Source of the DNA: a bacterium
GTDB taxonomy: Bacteria; Patescibacteriota; Microgenomatia; Levybacterales; UBA12049
Reading direction: 5' to 3'
Assembly (NCBI GenBank): GCA_021777565.1
Contig: JAJYDJ010000003.1
Span: 65,001-129,000, forward strand
DNA: 64,000 nucleotides
The position numbers and the translations under genes are program-made. This document shows positions 39,003 through 49,899 of the stretch, piece after piece. The notes beneath the pieces were generated by a model. The model did no database searches. It was not told where the DNA came from and was given only the letters and a program-made list of their open reading frames with translations. The stretch's first letter is position 1; every line of letters starts with the position of its first letter.

Positions 39003-40154
39003 ATGTCAAAAAAGACACTTATTGTCGCACTCGTTCTGTACCTGGTAATTGCAGGAGCTTCCTTTGCCGTATTCTCATTTGTTTTTAAAACAAAAACCGC
39101 TGTTATCCAGCCACCATCACCAAAAGTCACCACTAATGGGACACAATTTGATCAAACACTCCCCAAAACAGAGGCATGTCCACTTAATGGTGTCCTCTAC
39201 TCTACCCAACAGCGCAACTGGTGGGAACAACACCGACCTCTGGCTGTCATGATTGAGAATCATGTTGATGCTCGTCCTCAGTCTGGTATTAGTAAAGCAG
39301 ACGTTGTGTATGAAGCGATTGCCGAAGGTGGCATCACTCGTACCATGGATGTTTTCTACTGTCAGGATGCCTCAGAGATTGCCCCAATTCGCTCAGCACG
39401 AACCTATTTCATTGACTATGCCTCAGAATATGGTGATAAGCCACTCTATGCCCACGTTGGTGGTGCCAATGCTGCTGGGCCTGCTGATGCACTCGGGCAA
39501 CTGGATCAGTACGGCTGGTCTGGGGTAAATGATCTTAATCAGTTCTCGATCGGGTTCCCTACCTTCTATCGTAACTACAACCGTCTTGATCATACGGTAG
39601 CGACTGAACATACCATGGAATCAAGTACAACCAAACTCTGGGATTTTGCTGCCAAAGACCGTGGACTTACCAATGTCGATAAACAAGGCACGTCATGGAA
39701 CACTAAGTTCGTCCAATACTCATTCAAGGATGATCAACCAACGCCAAATGGCACACAGACTATTCACCTTTCATTCTGGGGTGATCCGGACTATGCTGTT
39801 GACTGGATCTATGACAGTGCTACCAACACCTACAAGAGAAACAATGGTGGCCAGCCACACATGGATTTGCTGACTCATCAACAGCTTGCTGCCAAAAACG
39901 TCGTCGTACTTTTGGAGAAAGAGTTGAATGCTGATGATGGATATGCCAATAACGAACATCTTTTGTACGGCGATACTGGCACAGGCAAAGCACTTGTCTT
40001 CATGGATGGCAAAGAAACTATGGCGACCTGGAAGAAAGCAAGTCGTACCGCCCGTACGCTCTTATACGACCAACAAGGAAATCCAATCAAATTCGATCGT
40101 GGACAGATCTGGTTTACGATCTATCCAGCAGATAAAGACGTCGTTGTGAAATAA
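39003..40154 (+). CDS. DUF3048 family protein
   Basis: RPLAVMIEN...ARPQSGI..ADVVYE..AEGGITR, PIRSAR. Confidence 0.9.
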   Translation: MSKKTLIVALVLYLVIAGASFAVFSFVFKTKTAVIQPPSPKVTTNGTQFDQTLPKTEACPLNGVLYSTQQRNWWEQHRPLAVMIENHVDARPQSGISKADVVYEAIAEGGITRTMDVFYCQDASEIAPIRSARTYFIDYASEYGDKPLYAHVGGANAAGPADALGQLDQYGWSGVNDLNQFSIGFPTFYRNYNRLDHTVATEHTMESSTTKLWDFAAKDRGLTNVDKQGTSWNTKFVQYSFKDDQPTPNGTQTIHLSFWGDPDYAVDWIYDSATNTYKRNNGGQPHMDLLTHQQLAAKNVVVLLEKELNADDGYANNEHLLYGDTGTGKALVFMDGKETMATWKKASRTARTLLYDQQGNPIKFDRGQIWFTIYPADKDVVVK

Positions 40155-40204
40155 TCCTGTCCCTCTACACAACTGATGAAAAAAAGTATACAATATCGTT
40201 GATT

Positions 40205-40786
40205 ATGTTCTCAGATCTCATCACTTCACAATCTAGAATAAAGCTTCTAAACGTATTTTTTCAGACCCCTCTTGAAATGTTTCATGTACGAGAAATAGTC
40301 CGAAGAACCAATGATGAAATTAATGCGGTGAGGCGTGAGCTTGCCTTCCTGGAAAAGCATGGCATCCTCTCAAAAGAGCAACGCGCCAACCGAGTCTACT
40401 ACATGCTTGATAAGAATTATCCATTTTATTTTGATCTTCTGAGAATCGGTGCCAAATCTGTTGGACTTGGTGCACAAATTTTAAAAAATCGTGTAAAACT
40501 TGGCAAGATCAAATATGCCTATCTGTCTGGGAAGTTTGTTAGAAATTTACCAAAAGGGGATAACGACGTTGATCTTTTACTCGTGGGTACGGTTGTGCTT
40601 CCAGAGATTGCGCTTCTGGTGCGTAATGAAGAAGCTCGCACCGGAACTGAAATAAATTATACCGTCATGACAGAGGAAGAATTTTCTTTCAGAAAAACCC
40701 GCAATGATCCGTTTATTAAGCAAGCACTTTATAATTCTCGCGTGATGTTGATCGGAGACGAAGAAGCACTGCTGAATGAAAAATAA
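40205..40786 (+). CDS. Winged-HTH plus nucleotidyltransferase-like protein
   Basis: SRIKLL...HVREIVR...NAVRREL; DVDLLLVG; EINYTVM. Confidence 0.75.
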   Translation: MFSDLITSQSRIKLLNVFFQTPLEMFHVREIVRRTNDEINAVRRELAFLEKHGILSKEQRANRVYYMLDKNYPFYFDLLRIGAKSVGLGAQILKNRVKLGKIKYAYLSGKFVRNLPKGDNDVDLLLVGTVVLPEIALLVRNEEARTGTEINYTVMTEEEFSFRKTRNDPFIKQALYNSRVMLIGDEEALLNEK

Positions 40787-42158
40787 TCCACGTCTTATCC
40801 TTTTTCTTATTACACTCCTGACCATTGTCGCAGGAGTCCTCGTCCTACCTCCCACACAGCCAGTCAAGATAACGACTCCTAAACTTCCAGGCCTGAATAG
40901 ACAATTCACCCTTACTCTCCCTTTATATGGCTCAACTGTTGATGTGAGTTGGGGGAATAATCATTTTGTAAAACAATTCCCATTTAGAAAAGGTCTTGAT
41001 CTTGCTGGTGGTACCAGTGTCACTATGAAAGCTGATATGAGTAAGATCTCACCAGATAATCGCGATAGCGCGCTGGCAGGAGCAAAGACGGTTATCGAAA
41101 ATCGTGTCAATTTGTACGGAGTCAGTGAGCCACTCGTGCAGACATCCAAAGTAAATAATGACTATCGTCTTATCGTTGATTTGCCAGGGGTGAGTACTGA
41201 GCAAGCACTTTCGCTGATTGGGACCACGGCACAACTTTCATTCTGGGAAGCAGTGGCAAGTGGCAGTGCCGATGCCTATCCTGTGGAGGCTTTACCACTT
41301 GGTATCCTCCAGACAATTGGTCCCTACGCTCATCCAACGAGTCTGAGTGGCAAAGATTTACAAAATACTACCGTTACCTTTGATGCCAATACTGGTGCGC
41401 CACAGGTACAGTTGCAATTCACTCCCGACGGAACAAAGAAGTTTGCTGATATTACGGGGAGAAATGTAGGCAAAATCGTTGCGATTGTTTTGGATAATAT
41501 GGTTGTTGAGGCTCCACGAGTCCAACAAATTATTCCTAATGGCGATGCTGTGATTAGCGGCAGTATGACCACCGATACGGCCAATCAGCTCAAAATTGAG
41601 CTGCAGGCAGGACAGCTTCCTATTCCACTCTCTATTCTCCAACAGCAGACCATCGGCGCGACACTTGGTGCCAGTTCTCTGTCAAAAAGTCTTTTTGCAG
41701 GATTTGTCGGATTTGTCATCATCGCTCTTTTCATGATGGTGTTATATGGCAGACTTGGGATTATTGCCAGCATGGCACTCGTTGTGTATGTGATCCTCAC
41801 CTTGTGCGTCTTTAAGCTCATCCCAGTCACGCTGACTTTGGCCGGCATTGCAGGATTCATTCTCTCGGTGGGTATGGCTGTTGATGCAAATATTTTGATT
41901 TTTGAGCGTATGCGGGAGGAGCATCGGAGTGGCAAGTCCTTTGATAAAGCGCTTACTCTTGGCTTCGCACGAGCATGGACCTCAATTAGAGACAGTAATC
42001 TTTCCACACTTATTACCTGTTTTGTTCTGTACCAATTTGGGACAGGAATTGTGAGAGGATTTGCCTTTACTTTGGCTATCGGGGTGGCTATCTCACTGTT
42101 CTCAGCTATCGTCGTGACACGCACGCTTATCCGTACTATGATGGGAGAACACATATGA
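40776..42158 (+). CDS. secD: Protein translocase subunit SecD
   Basis: GLDLAGG, RVNLYGVSEP, GMAVDANILIFER, IRDSN. Confidence 0.96.
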   Translation: MKNNPRLILFLITLLTIVAGVLVLPPTQPVKITTPKLPGLNRQFTLTLPLYGSTVDVSWGNNHFVKQFPFRKGLDLAGGTSVTMKADMSKISPDNRDSALAGAKTVIENRVNLYGVSEPLVQTSKVNNDYRLIVDLPGVSTEQALSLIGTTAQLSFWEAVASGSADAYPVEALPLGILQTIGPYAHPTSLSGKDLQNTTVTFDANTGAPQVQLQFTPDGTKKFADITGRNVGKIVAIVLDNMVVEAPRVQQIIPNGDAVISGSMTTDTANQLKIELQAGQLPIPLSILQQQTIGATLGASSLSKSLFAGFVGFVIIALFMMVLYGRLGIIASMALVVYVILTLCVFKLIPVTLTLAGIAGFILSVGMAVDANILIFERMREEHRSGKSFDKALTLGFARAWTSIRDSNLSTLITCFVLYQFGTGIVRGFAFTLAIGVAISLFSAIVVTRTLIRTMMGEHI

Positions 42159-43045
42159 ACATAATCAAGCACAAGAATTGGTATTTTGCTCTCTCACTGA
42201 TCGTCATTATCCCAGGCACGATTGCACTTCTTTTGTGGGGATTGAGATTGTCTATTGATTTTACTGGGGGAAGTCGTATCACCTACCTTGCCAAGACTGC
42301 CACACCAGTCAATATGCAACAGATTCAAAGTGTTGAGAAAGAATCCAACATTACTTTTGTTTCTATCGCAACCAGCCCAACACAAATTAGTATCAAGACC
42401 AAACCACTTACCAATGATCAACACACGGCGCTAACCAAAGCATTTACTGACAAGCTTCCTGGCTATGTTGAAGAGTCTTACGAAACCGTGGGGCCAGTGG
42501 TCGGACAAGAGACGACCTGGAATGCTATCAAAGGTGTCGGCCTGGCATCTATCCTGATCATTCTTTTTATTGCATTCTCTTTCCGCAGTGTTCCCAAGCC
42601 TGCCAACAGCTGGAGATTTGGGATTTGCGCCATCATAGCTCTTCTGCACGACGTGTTGGTAGTGGTGGGTATTTTTGCGATCTTGGGACATTTCTTTGAC
42701 GTGGAAGTAGACAGTCTTTTTGTGACTGCACTTCTGACTGTGATTGGCTTTTCAGTACATGACACGATCGTGGTATTTGACAGAATTCGAGAGAATTTAA
42801 AGAAGAGCCTTCTAAGGCCATTTGACGAAGTCGTCAATGATGCGATCCTCCAGACACTCAACAGATCACTCAACACGTCATTTACGGTCATTCTCGTGCT
42901 CCTGGCAATACTTCTTTTTGGAGGAGAGAGTATCAGGTGGTTTGTCGCAGCACTTTTGATCGGCGTGATCTCAGGAACGTATTCTTCTATCTTTAACGCA
43001 TCCCCCATGCTCGTCCTCTGGCAAGAATTGAGTAAGAAGAAATAG
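42155..43045 (+). CDS. secF: Protein translocase subunit SecF
   Basis: IDFTGG, GFSVHDTIVVFDRIRE, GTYSSIF. Confidence 0.96.
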   Translation: MNIIKHKNWYFALSLIVIIPGTIALLLWGLRLSIDFTGGSRITYLAKTATPVNMQQIQSVEKESNITFVSIATSPTQISIKTKPLTNDQHTALTKAFTDKLPGYVEESYETVGPVVGQETTWNAIKGVGLASILIILFIAFSFRSVPKPANSWRFGICAIIALLHDVLVVVGIFAILGHFFDVEVDSLFVTALLTVIGFSVHDTIVVFDRIRENLKKSLLRPFDEVVNDAILQTLNRSLNTSFTVILVLLAILLFGGESIRWFVAALLIGVISGTYSSIFNASPMLVLWQELSKKK

Positions 43046-43046
43046 T

Positions 43047-43634
43047 ATGGTAATTAATTTCATCACTGGCAATGCTGGCAAATTTGTTAGCATGAAAGAG
43101 CACGTTAGCAAGTACGGCTTCGAGGTAAAACAAACCACGCTACCAATAATTGAGCCACAAGCAGATACACCTGAAGAGGTTTCGCTTTCCAAGGCAAAAC
43201 AAGCATATGAATTGCTTCACGAACCAGTTGCAGTTGAAGATAGTTCGTTTCATATAGATGCACTCCATGGCTTCCCCGGACCATATATCAAATATGTCAT
43301 GCAAACTATTGGCGTAGACGGGATCTTGAAAGTAACTGAGACCATAACAGAAAGGACATGTAGATTTACTAGTGTGCTTACCTTTATTGATGCAGATGGA
43401 ACCGTTCAGCAATTCGTACAAAAAGATGATGCGGGGACACTTGCCACGAAAAAAGATGAGACACCTATGGAACAGGCATGGTCAGATTTGTGGAGAATTT
43501 TTATTCCTGCAGGATATTCCAAACCTCTCTCTGGACTTTCTGCAGAAGAGAACAGACAAGTAAATGAAGATTGGCAAAAAGTTTCAACATTTACCCAGTT
43601 TGCCAAGTGGCTGCACGAGAACAAAAAAAGCTAA
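43047..43634 (+). CDS. Non-canonical purine NTP pyrophosphatase (Ham1/RdgB family)
   Basis: FITGNAGK, KAKQA, VEDS, GFPGPYIK; C-terminal SHR motif not conserved. Confidence 0.82.
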   Translation: MVINFITGNAGKFVSMKEHVSKYGFEVKQTTLPIIEPQADTPEEVSLSKAKQAYELLHEPVAVEDSSFHIDALHGFPGPYIKYVMQTIGVDGILKVTETITERTCRFTSVLTFIDADGTVQQFVQKDDAGTLATKKDETPMEQAWSDLWRIFIPAGYSKPLSGLSAEENRQVNEDWQKVSTFTQFAKWLHENKKS

Positions 43635-43636
43635 TA

Positions 43637-44086
43637 CTATCCCAAACTTTCTTTTACCCTCTTACTGACCAGGGAGCCGTCAGCTTTGCCTTTGATCTTC
43701 GGTGCAAGATAACCCATGACTTTACCCATATCAGCTGGTGTTGCGGCGCCAGTTGCAGACTTTGCCTCATCAATCAGGGCCTTTATCTCCTCTTCTGACA
43801 TTTGTGCTGGCAGGTATGCTTGGAGCAAATGCAGCTCTGCTTTCTCTTTTTCTACCAATTCCTGACGTCCTGCTTGTTCAAATTGTTCGATACTGTCTCT
43901 GTGCTGTTTGACCTGTGTCCCAATCACGGACATGATATCTTCCTCAGTTGCCTGGTAGCCTGCTCCACCTTTTTGGATTTCAAAATACGTCACGGCAGAG
44001 ATAAGCATACGAAGGACTGACTTTCTGACTTCATCTTGTGCCATCATGGCATCCTTCAGTTGGCTTTGTAGATCTTGCTTGGTCAT
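43637..44086 (-). CDS. GatB/YqeY domain protein
   Basis: LKDAMM, QFEQAGRQEL, YLPAQMS, DMGKVM, KADG. Confidence 0.92.
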   Translation of the reverse strand: MTKQDLQSQLKDAMMAQDEVRKSVLRMLISAVTYFEIQKGGAGYQATEEDIMSVIGTQVKQHRDSIEQFEQAGRQELVEKEKAELHLLQAYLPAQMSEEEIKALIDEAKSATGAATPADMGKVMGYLAPKIKGKADGSLVSKRVKESLG

Positions 44087-44108
44087 AGCACTAGTATAGC
44101 ACACCCAT

Positions 44109-46517
44109 TTAGTCAGCAGGGTGGAGAGGAAGCGCCGTACCCTTGGCAGATGATTGTGGCGAGACACTCAATGTCTTGGCAAGAGCCACTGGTAACACCT
44201 CATCCATGTGTGAAACATAGTAAAACTTCAAATCATTCTGCACTTCTTTTGGCACGTCTTCCACCACATCTTTTTTGTTCTCGCGTGGTAGGATGACTGT
44301 CTTGATACCCGCGCGATGTGCTGCAATGACTTTTTCCTTTACCCCACCAATTTCAAGTGCCCGACCTCTGAGTGTTACCTCCCCCGTCATTGCCACATCT
44401 TTTCTCACCGGTATCTTGGTGAGAGCCGATATCATCGATGTCGTTATAGCCAGACCGGCTGATGGGCCGTCTTTAGGGATGGCACCTTCTGGCATATGGA
44501 CATGAATATCTATTTTCTGGAAAAATCCTTCTGGAAGTCCGAACTGTTTTGCACGGGCTCTGATATAGGAGAGTGCCGCTTGCCCTGATTCTTTCATCAC
44601 GTCGCCCAGCTGTCCAGTGAGAATAAGACTTCCCTTGCCTGGCATGACGGTTGATTCAATCTGTAGGATACTTCCCCCAGATGGTGACCACCCCAGACCG
44701 GTGGACATTCCGACTTCATCTTTTTTCTCTGCAGTGGTTGCATTAAATCGTTCTGGTCCCAGATATTTCTCGACCAACTTTGGCGTGACACTCACAGAAG
44801 TTTTCTTACCGTCGGCCACTTGTTTGGCTACTTTTCTAAATATATCTGCCAGTTTTCTCTCAAGATTACGTACCCCAGCCTCAAGAGTATAATGCTCAAT
44901 GACAAATCGCAGTGCCGCATCGGTCATCTCAATCTGGTCTTCAGAGAGACCATGATTGGACTGCAGTTTCTTCAAGAGATATTTTTTCGCGATCGCAAAT
45001 TTCTCATCCTGTGTATACCCAGAGAATGAAATAATTTCAAGACGATCACGAAGCGCTGGTGGAATTGTATCCAGCATATTTGCAGTGGTAATAAACATCA
45101 CATTAGACAGATCAAATGGTACTTCCAGATAGTGATCTGAGAAACTGTTGTTTTGTTCTGGATCCAGCGCCTCCAAAAGTGCACTTGATGGATCACCACG
45201 ATAGTCAGAACCAAGTTTATCTATTTCATCAAGCATAAAGACTGGGTTTTTCGTCCCCGCGTCTTTAATCCCTTGAATAATGCGTCCTGGAAGCGCACCC
45301 ACATAGGTTCGTCTGTGTCCCCTGATTTCTGCCTCATCACGCACACCACCAAGAGACATTCTCACAAATTTACGCCCGAGTGCTTTGGCAATTGATTTCC
45401 CAATTGAGGTTTTCCCAACTCCCGGAGGCCCAGCAAAACACAAAATCGGACTTTTCATGGTAGTTCCTTTCTCACTGGTGAGCTTGCGTACTGCCAGGTA
45501 TTCCAAAATACGCTCTTTTGCTTTTTCCAGACCATAATGCTCTTCATTGAGGATTTTCTCTGCTTTTTTCAAATCAAATTCTTCCTTGCTTTCAATATCC
45601 CACGGCAGAGCAGACAGAGTTTCGACATAATTTCTGATATAACCTGACTCAGGGTTAAACTGGTTCATTTGGGAAAGCTTTTTTATTTCCTTCTTTACTT
45701 TTTCATAGACATCCTCAGGCATATGGGCATTTTTTGCTGCATCTACAAGCTCTTTCATATCCCCTGTTGCCTCATCATTGCCAAGCTCTTGTTCAATTGT
45801 TTTTAATTTCTCACGAAGAATTGCTTCCTTGGCACCTTTATCAAATTTTGCTTGTGTTTTGGTTGCAATTTTCTGTTCCAACTCCAGTACTTTGATTTCT
45901 TTTGCCAGATAGTCAGACACTTTTTCAAGACGTGTCTTTACATCAAAAATTTCAAGAAGTTCTTGTCTCTCCTGATTTTTAATCTCAAGAACTGATGCTA
46001 CCAAATCAGCGAGCTGTGATGGGGTAGTATCTGACATGATATTCATAAAGACCAAGAAATCAGCATGCTTGCCAATATTCATGGCTTTTCTAAATTCAGT
46101 GGTTAGATGGTTGCAAAGCGCTTTTATTTCAGGAGAATTATCTTCAGTTTCAGGAATTTCTGTCACTTTCCCCATGAGGAAATACTCATGATTTTCATAG
46201 GATTCAATACGCACTCTGGTAATACCACGTACTTGTGCACTTATATTATCATCAAGTTTTACCATGCGCTCGATATGAGCAAGTGTCCCGATGGTATAGA
46301 GATCTTCTGGACCTGGTTCATGATTACGAGTGTTTTTTTGGAGGACAAAACAGACGGTCCTATCGCCCTGTGATGCTGCCTCAAGTGCCGACAGACTTTT
46401 CGGTCGCCCAAAGGTAAGCATGGAATCTGTATGTGGGAAAATCGTCCCGTCTCGAATTGGGATGATCGGAACAATTAACTCATTTGGATTAAGTAGTGAT
46501 GACTCTGTGTCTTGCAT
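44109..46517 (-). CDS. lon: ATP-dependent Lon protease
   Basis: [27 protein letters not shown] catalytic Ser, GGVKEK. Confidence 0.97.
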   Translation of the reverse strand: MQDTESSLLNPNELIVPIIPIRDGTIFPHTDSMLTFGRPKSLSALEAASQGDRTVCFVLQKNTRNHEPGPEDLYTIGTLAHIERMVKLDDNISAQVRGITRVRIESYENHEYFLMGKVTEIPETEDNSPEIKALCNHLTTEFRKAMNIGKHADFLVFMNIMSDTTPSQLADLVASVLEIKNQERQELLEIFDVKTRLEKVSDYLAKEIKVLELEQKIATKTQAKFDKGAKEAILREKLKTIEQELGNDEATGDMKELVDAAKNAHMPEDVYEKVKKEIKKLSQMNQFNPESGYIRNYVETLSALPWDIESKEEFDLKKAEKILNEEHYGLEKAKERILEYLAVRKLTSEKGTTMKSPILCFAGPPGVGKTSIGKSIAKALGRKFVRMSLGGVRDEAEIRGHRRTYVGALPGRIIQGIKDAGTKNPVFMLDEIDKLGSDYRGDPSSALLEALDPEQNNSFSDHYLEVPFDLSNVMFITTANMLDTIPPALRDRLEIISFSGYTQDEKFAIAKKYLLKKLQSNHGLSEDQIEMTDAALRFVIEHYTLEAGVRNLERKLADIFRKVAKQVADGKKTSVSVTPKLVEKYLGPERFNATTAEKKDEVGMSTGLGWSPSGGSILQIESTVMPGKGSLILTGQLGDVMKESGQAALSYIRARAKQFGLPEGFFQKIDIHVHMPEGAIPKDGPSAGLAITTSMISALTKIPVRKDVAMTGEVTLRGRALEIGGVKEKVIAAHRAGIKTVILPRENKKDVVEDVPKEVQNDLKFYYVSHMDEVLPVALAKTLSVSPQSSAKGTALPLHPAD

Positions 46518-46564
46518 ATGAGTATATTAGCACTCTATCAACTCTGGTGCTAATTGTCAAGATA

Positions 46565-47395
46565 TCAATACGTATAATACCCCACCAGTAGCCCATTTGT
46601 ATTATACAAAAATGCGCTATCGTGATCATTATTCCAGACCGGATATGCTGCTTGGGGACATGCCCAATAAACATCTTTTGTGGTGTTAGTTCCACATCCC
46701 GAGTGAATAGTAATTGTTGAACCTGACACCAGGCTGACATCGGGAAAGGTAAAACGATTAGATGAAGAGTTATCTTTCAACAGATAACCCTTGAGCGAGA
46801 TGGTATTGGGGCAAATGTTTTGAATTTGGATCCATTCATCATTTCGCGTCTGGCCAGATGTGTTAATCGAGGGGAATGAGAGACACTTCCCTTCTGGCTT
46901 ACAAAGTCCTTCCCACATACCTTGGCATTGGGTACGTGCATCATCTTCTGCACTCGTCAAAACTGCTTCATATTTCATGTTTTTTTGCATAAAATCTGTA
47001 ATCGCCATACCATCCTTGACCATTTCTTCATTGACGAACATATCCCCTAAAAACACATAAGCAAGTGTCCGTCCATAGCGATCAGTCTTTTCATTTTCAT
47101 ACTCAAGGCTGACTGGCTTCCCTTCAACAAGCTTCTTTAACAGGTTCATCGCTTCATCATGATATGACTCCCCTTTTTCTGAGCTATTAATCCCTAAAAA
47201 ACGTACATGTCTTTTATCAGAAAGTATAGCTGTGTCCCCATCAATCACATAGGTGACAGTTAGTGCATTCGTTGTATTGCCAGACAAGACGGTTTTGTGT
47301 GGAGTGGGATGACTTGCGAGAAGTAATAAGACCCCACCTGAGAAAAAAAGGAGTGCACTCGCCAAACTTATAAGCCAGAAACGTTTCAAAAACAT
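46565..47395 (-). CDS. Thermonuclease (SNase-like) with lamin-tail domain
   Basis: VIDGDT, VRFLGIN, DRYGRTLAYV; DEWIQIQN...VWNN. Confidence 0.9.
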   Translation of the reverse strand: MFLKRFWLISLASALLFFSGGVLLLLASHPTPHKTVLSGNTTNALTVTYVIDGDTAILSDKRHVRFLGINSSEKGESYHDEAMNLLKKLVEGKPVSLEYENEKTDRYGRTLAYVFLGDMFVNEEMVKDGMAITDFMQKNMKYEAVLTSAEDDARTQCQGMWEGLCKPEGKCLSFPSINTSGQTRNDEWIQIQNICPNTISLKGYLLKDNSSSNRFTFPDVSLVSGSTITIHSGCGTNTTKDVYWACPQAAYPVWNNDHDSAFLYNTNGLLVGYYTY

Positions 47396-47400
47396 GAGAC

Positions 47401-48336
47401 TTACCAGGGTTTAAAGGTACTTTGATTGAGCCAATTAAGCAGATCCTGCCCTCTACGAACGCCTGGCCTGAGTCGATACAGAAAGTAACGATTGTCATTA
47501 CTCTGGACAATTCCGGGGATGGTTGACGTAGCAGTGCGGAATCCTACACCTCTGATGACATCAATACTTTGTGCATCAAATGCACCAAATGGATAAGCGA
47601 AAGATACGACCGGTTTGCCGGTGATAGCTTCCAACACTACCTTACTCTGTGCTGTCTCGGTAGTATCTTCCTGAAGAGATTTCCCTTTGAGCCAGTCATG
47701 ATGAACAGTGTGTGCACCAATTTCAATAATGCCACTATCTGACATTTCCCTCACTTGCCACGTATACAGATGGTTGGGGTGATCGAGAAAGCCAGAGATA
47801 ACATAATTAGTTGCCTTCACATTATATTTTTTCAAAATTGGGTAGGCATCAGTATAAAAATCCTGGTATCCGTCATCAAAAGTTAGGGCAACTGATGGGG
47901 AGGCAAGTTTTATCTTGCCATCTAAGACATCTGCGACTTCTGACATCGTCAGGAAGGTATATCCGGCGTTTTTCAACGTCTGTACCTGTGCGTCAAGAGT
48001 TGTTGGAAGCGTATCCAGAGAGACGCGTGTCTTATCATTTTTATCTTGTACATACTCTACGTAGTGATACATAAGAATCGGCAGACGTAAAGAGGCGGAG
48101 ATAGTTGCAGACGTATTTTGCGACATTCTCTTTTTTACGTCTGCAGGGATAGAATTCTGATGAATTTCTTTTATTTCACTTCCATTAAGTGATGTATCAA
48201 TTTGTTTGACAATATATCTTTGATATAAAAATCCTAAGACAAAAAAGAGTATGAGTGAGACACCAAAAGAGGTAAAGAAAATAAATTTCTTCTTTTCAAT
48301 TTTTACGTATTGTGCGGCTTTCTGAACTGACTTCAT
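47401..48336 (-). CDS. Polysaccharide deacetylase, membrane anchored
   Basis: PILMYH, LTFDDGY, GAHTVHH, FAYPFG. Confidence 0.92.
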   Translation of the reverse strand: MKSVQKAAQYVKIEKKKFIFFTSFGVSLILFFVLGFLYQRYIVKQIDTSLNGSEIKEIHQNSIPADVKKRMSQNTSATISASLRLPILMYHYVEYVQDKNDKTRVSLDTLPTTLDAQVQTLKNAGYTFLTMSEVADVLDGKIKLASPSVALTFDDGYQDFYTDAYPILKKYNVKATNYVISGFLDHPNHLYTWQVREMSDSGIIEIGAHTVHHDWLKGKSLQEDTTETAQSKVVLEAITGKPVVSFAYPFGAFDAQSIDVIRGVGFRTATSTIPGIVQSNDNRYFLYRLRPGVRRGQDLLNWLNQSTFKPW

Positions 48337-48337
48337 A

Positions 48338-49897
48338 TTATTGTGGACCAGTATAGTGTTTTAGCTTGTATATGTCTACCACTGACAGATGTGTTTTACT
48401 GACAATATCTGCACGCCCAAATCCTGCGACCTCCCACAAGGAATATCCAAGTGGTGAACATGGCACACTTTCACAAACGATCAGGAGTTGATCCGTCACT
48501 GTCCTGCGCTCTGGATCAACAATTGAATTATCTATTGTCACTGGCGGATGACCCCAGATCGTCAGGTAATATCGGTACGCATAGTCTGAGTTCCCTCCAG
48601 TGATGAGCGCAAAGTTATATGGCTTTCCATTTGTCTCATTCAAGACTTCCTGTGCTATTACTTTTGTCTGTGATACTTGATTATTCGGCGGGTAACGGAA
48701 AGGAAGCTGAAAGATATTTAAAACCAAAATCCCTACGATCACACAAGGGATAAACAAACGGAGCATTCGATTGACATGCCAAAGATAGACAAAAAGACCC
48801 GCGCTCAGCATAATCGAGACCGGGAACAAGAACTCAAAGTAGTATTCATAGATATTTTTTTTGTAAAACCCAAAGCCTACCACGCCAAATGCCAACCACA
48901 AAGCAACAAAGAGATATTTCAAAAAGGTTTCACGATTTTTCTTTCGCACATCTACCAGAAGAAATAAAAATAAACCTACGGCTGCGCATCCAAGGATGAT
49001 GCCTGACCAATTCCACACAGCAAGCTGCCACTGTGCATAATGGGCAAACTCCACGGGTTCTGGGAATGCAAGAACACCGCGGGTGAAAATGCGAGTGAAC
49101 ACATCAACTATCGTTGGGATCATCTGCGCCCCACTCCCTGCATCTTTTGAGTGAAACATGAACGTAATGATATTACGAGTATTCACAAATTGATGTCGAA
49201 GTTCAAATGCAATAATTGGTGAGATACCGACAGCAAACCCAGCACCAAAGACAAGGTAGGCAACAATTAATTTTTTAATCCACGCCATCAGTGGCCTTGT
49301 CCAGAGAATATACCCAATAAACGCAATGACAGCGGCCGCGAAAAAGAGGGTAACAAAATGAAGTTCAAAGGTAATTCCATAGAAAAAACCAGCAAGCAGT
49401 ATCCACTTTTTATTCTCTTTCTTAATGTAGGAAAATAATGACAAAACAGTCAGTAATACAAAAAATGGAACAACATGTGGGTTCCAAGATGATCTAGAGA
49501 ATGTTACTAAAAGTGATGAGGTCGCATACAAGAAAGCCGCAACAAGGCCAACTGCTGGAGAGAATATATCTTTAACAACTCGATAAAGTAAATAAATTGT
49601 CGCTGTGGCAAAAAGCGCTACCATCGCTGCCGGACCGACCGGATCATAGTGGGCTAGCCATAGAAATGGCGCAATCATGTAGTAGTATATTGGCCCAAAG
49701 AAAAAGCCCCCAACACTCGCAGTCGGACCAAGAAGGGTCAATTTCCCATGTAATATCCCATATGCCACCAGTACATCACGTCCTTCATCGCCAAGAAAGA
49801 TCTGGTATGGACCTATCATGTATAGGCGTAGCACTGCACCGATAAGTAAAATGGCACACAAAAGAACCGTATGGATATGTTTGGAAAGAAAGCTCAT
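48338..49897 (-). CDS. ArnT/PMT-like (GT-C) glycosyltransferase
   Basis: LRL...GDEGRD, GPIYYY, SRSSWNP; many TMs. Confidence 0.85.
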   Translation of the reverse strand: MSFLSKHIHTVLLCAILLIGAVLRLYMIGPYQIFLGDEGRDVLVAYGILHGKLTLLGPTASVGGFFFGPIYYYMIAPFLWLAHYDPVGPAAMVALFATATIYLLYRVVKDIFSPAVGLVAAFLYATSSLLVTFSRSSWNPHVVPFFVLLTVLSLFSYIKKENKKWILLAGFFYGITFELHFVTLFFAAAVIAFIGYILWTRPLMAWIKKLIVAYLVFGAGFAVGISPIIAFELRHQFVNTRNIITFMFHSKDAGSGAQMIPTIVDVFTRIFTRGVLAFPEPVEFAHYAQWQLAVWNWSGIILGCAAVGLFLFLLVDVRKKNRETFLKYLFVALWLAFGVVGFGFYKKNIYEYYFEFLFPVSIMLSAGLFVYLWHVNRMLRLFIPCVIVGILVLNIFQLPFRYPPNNQVSQTKVIAQEVLNETNGKPYNFALITGGNSDYAYRYYLTIWGHPPVTIDNSIVDPERRTVTDQLLIVCESVPCSPLGYSLWEVAGFGRADIVSKTHLSVVDIYKLKHYTGPQ

Positions 49898-49899
49898 GA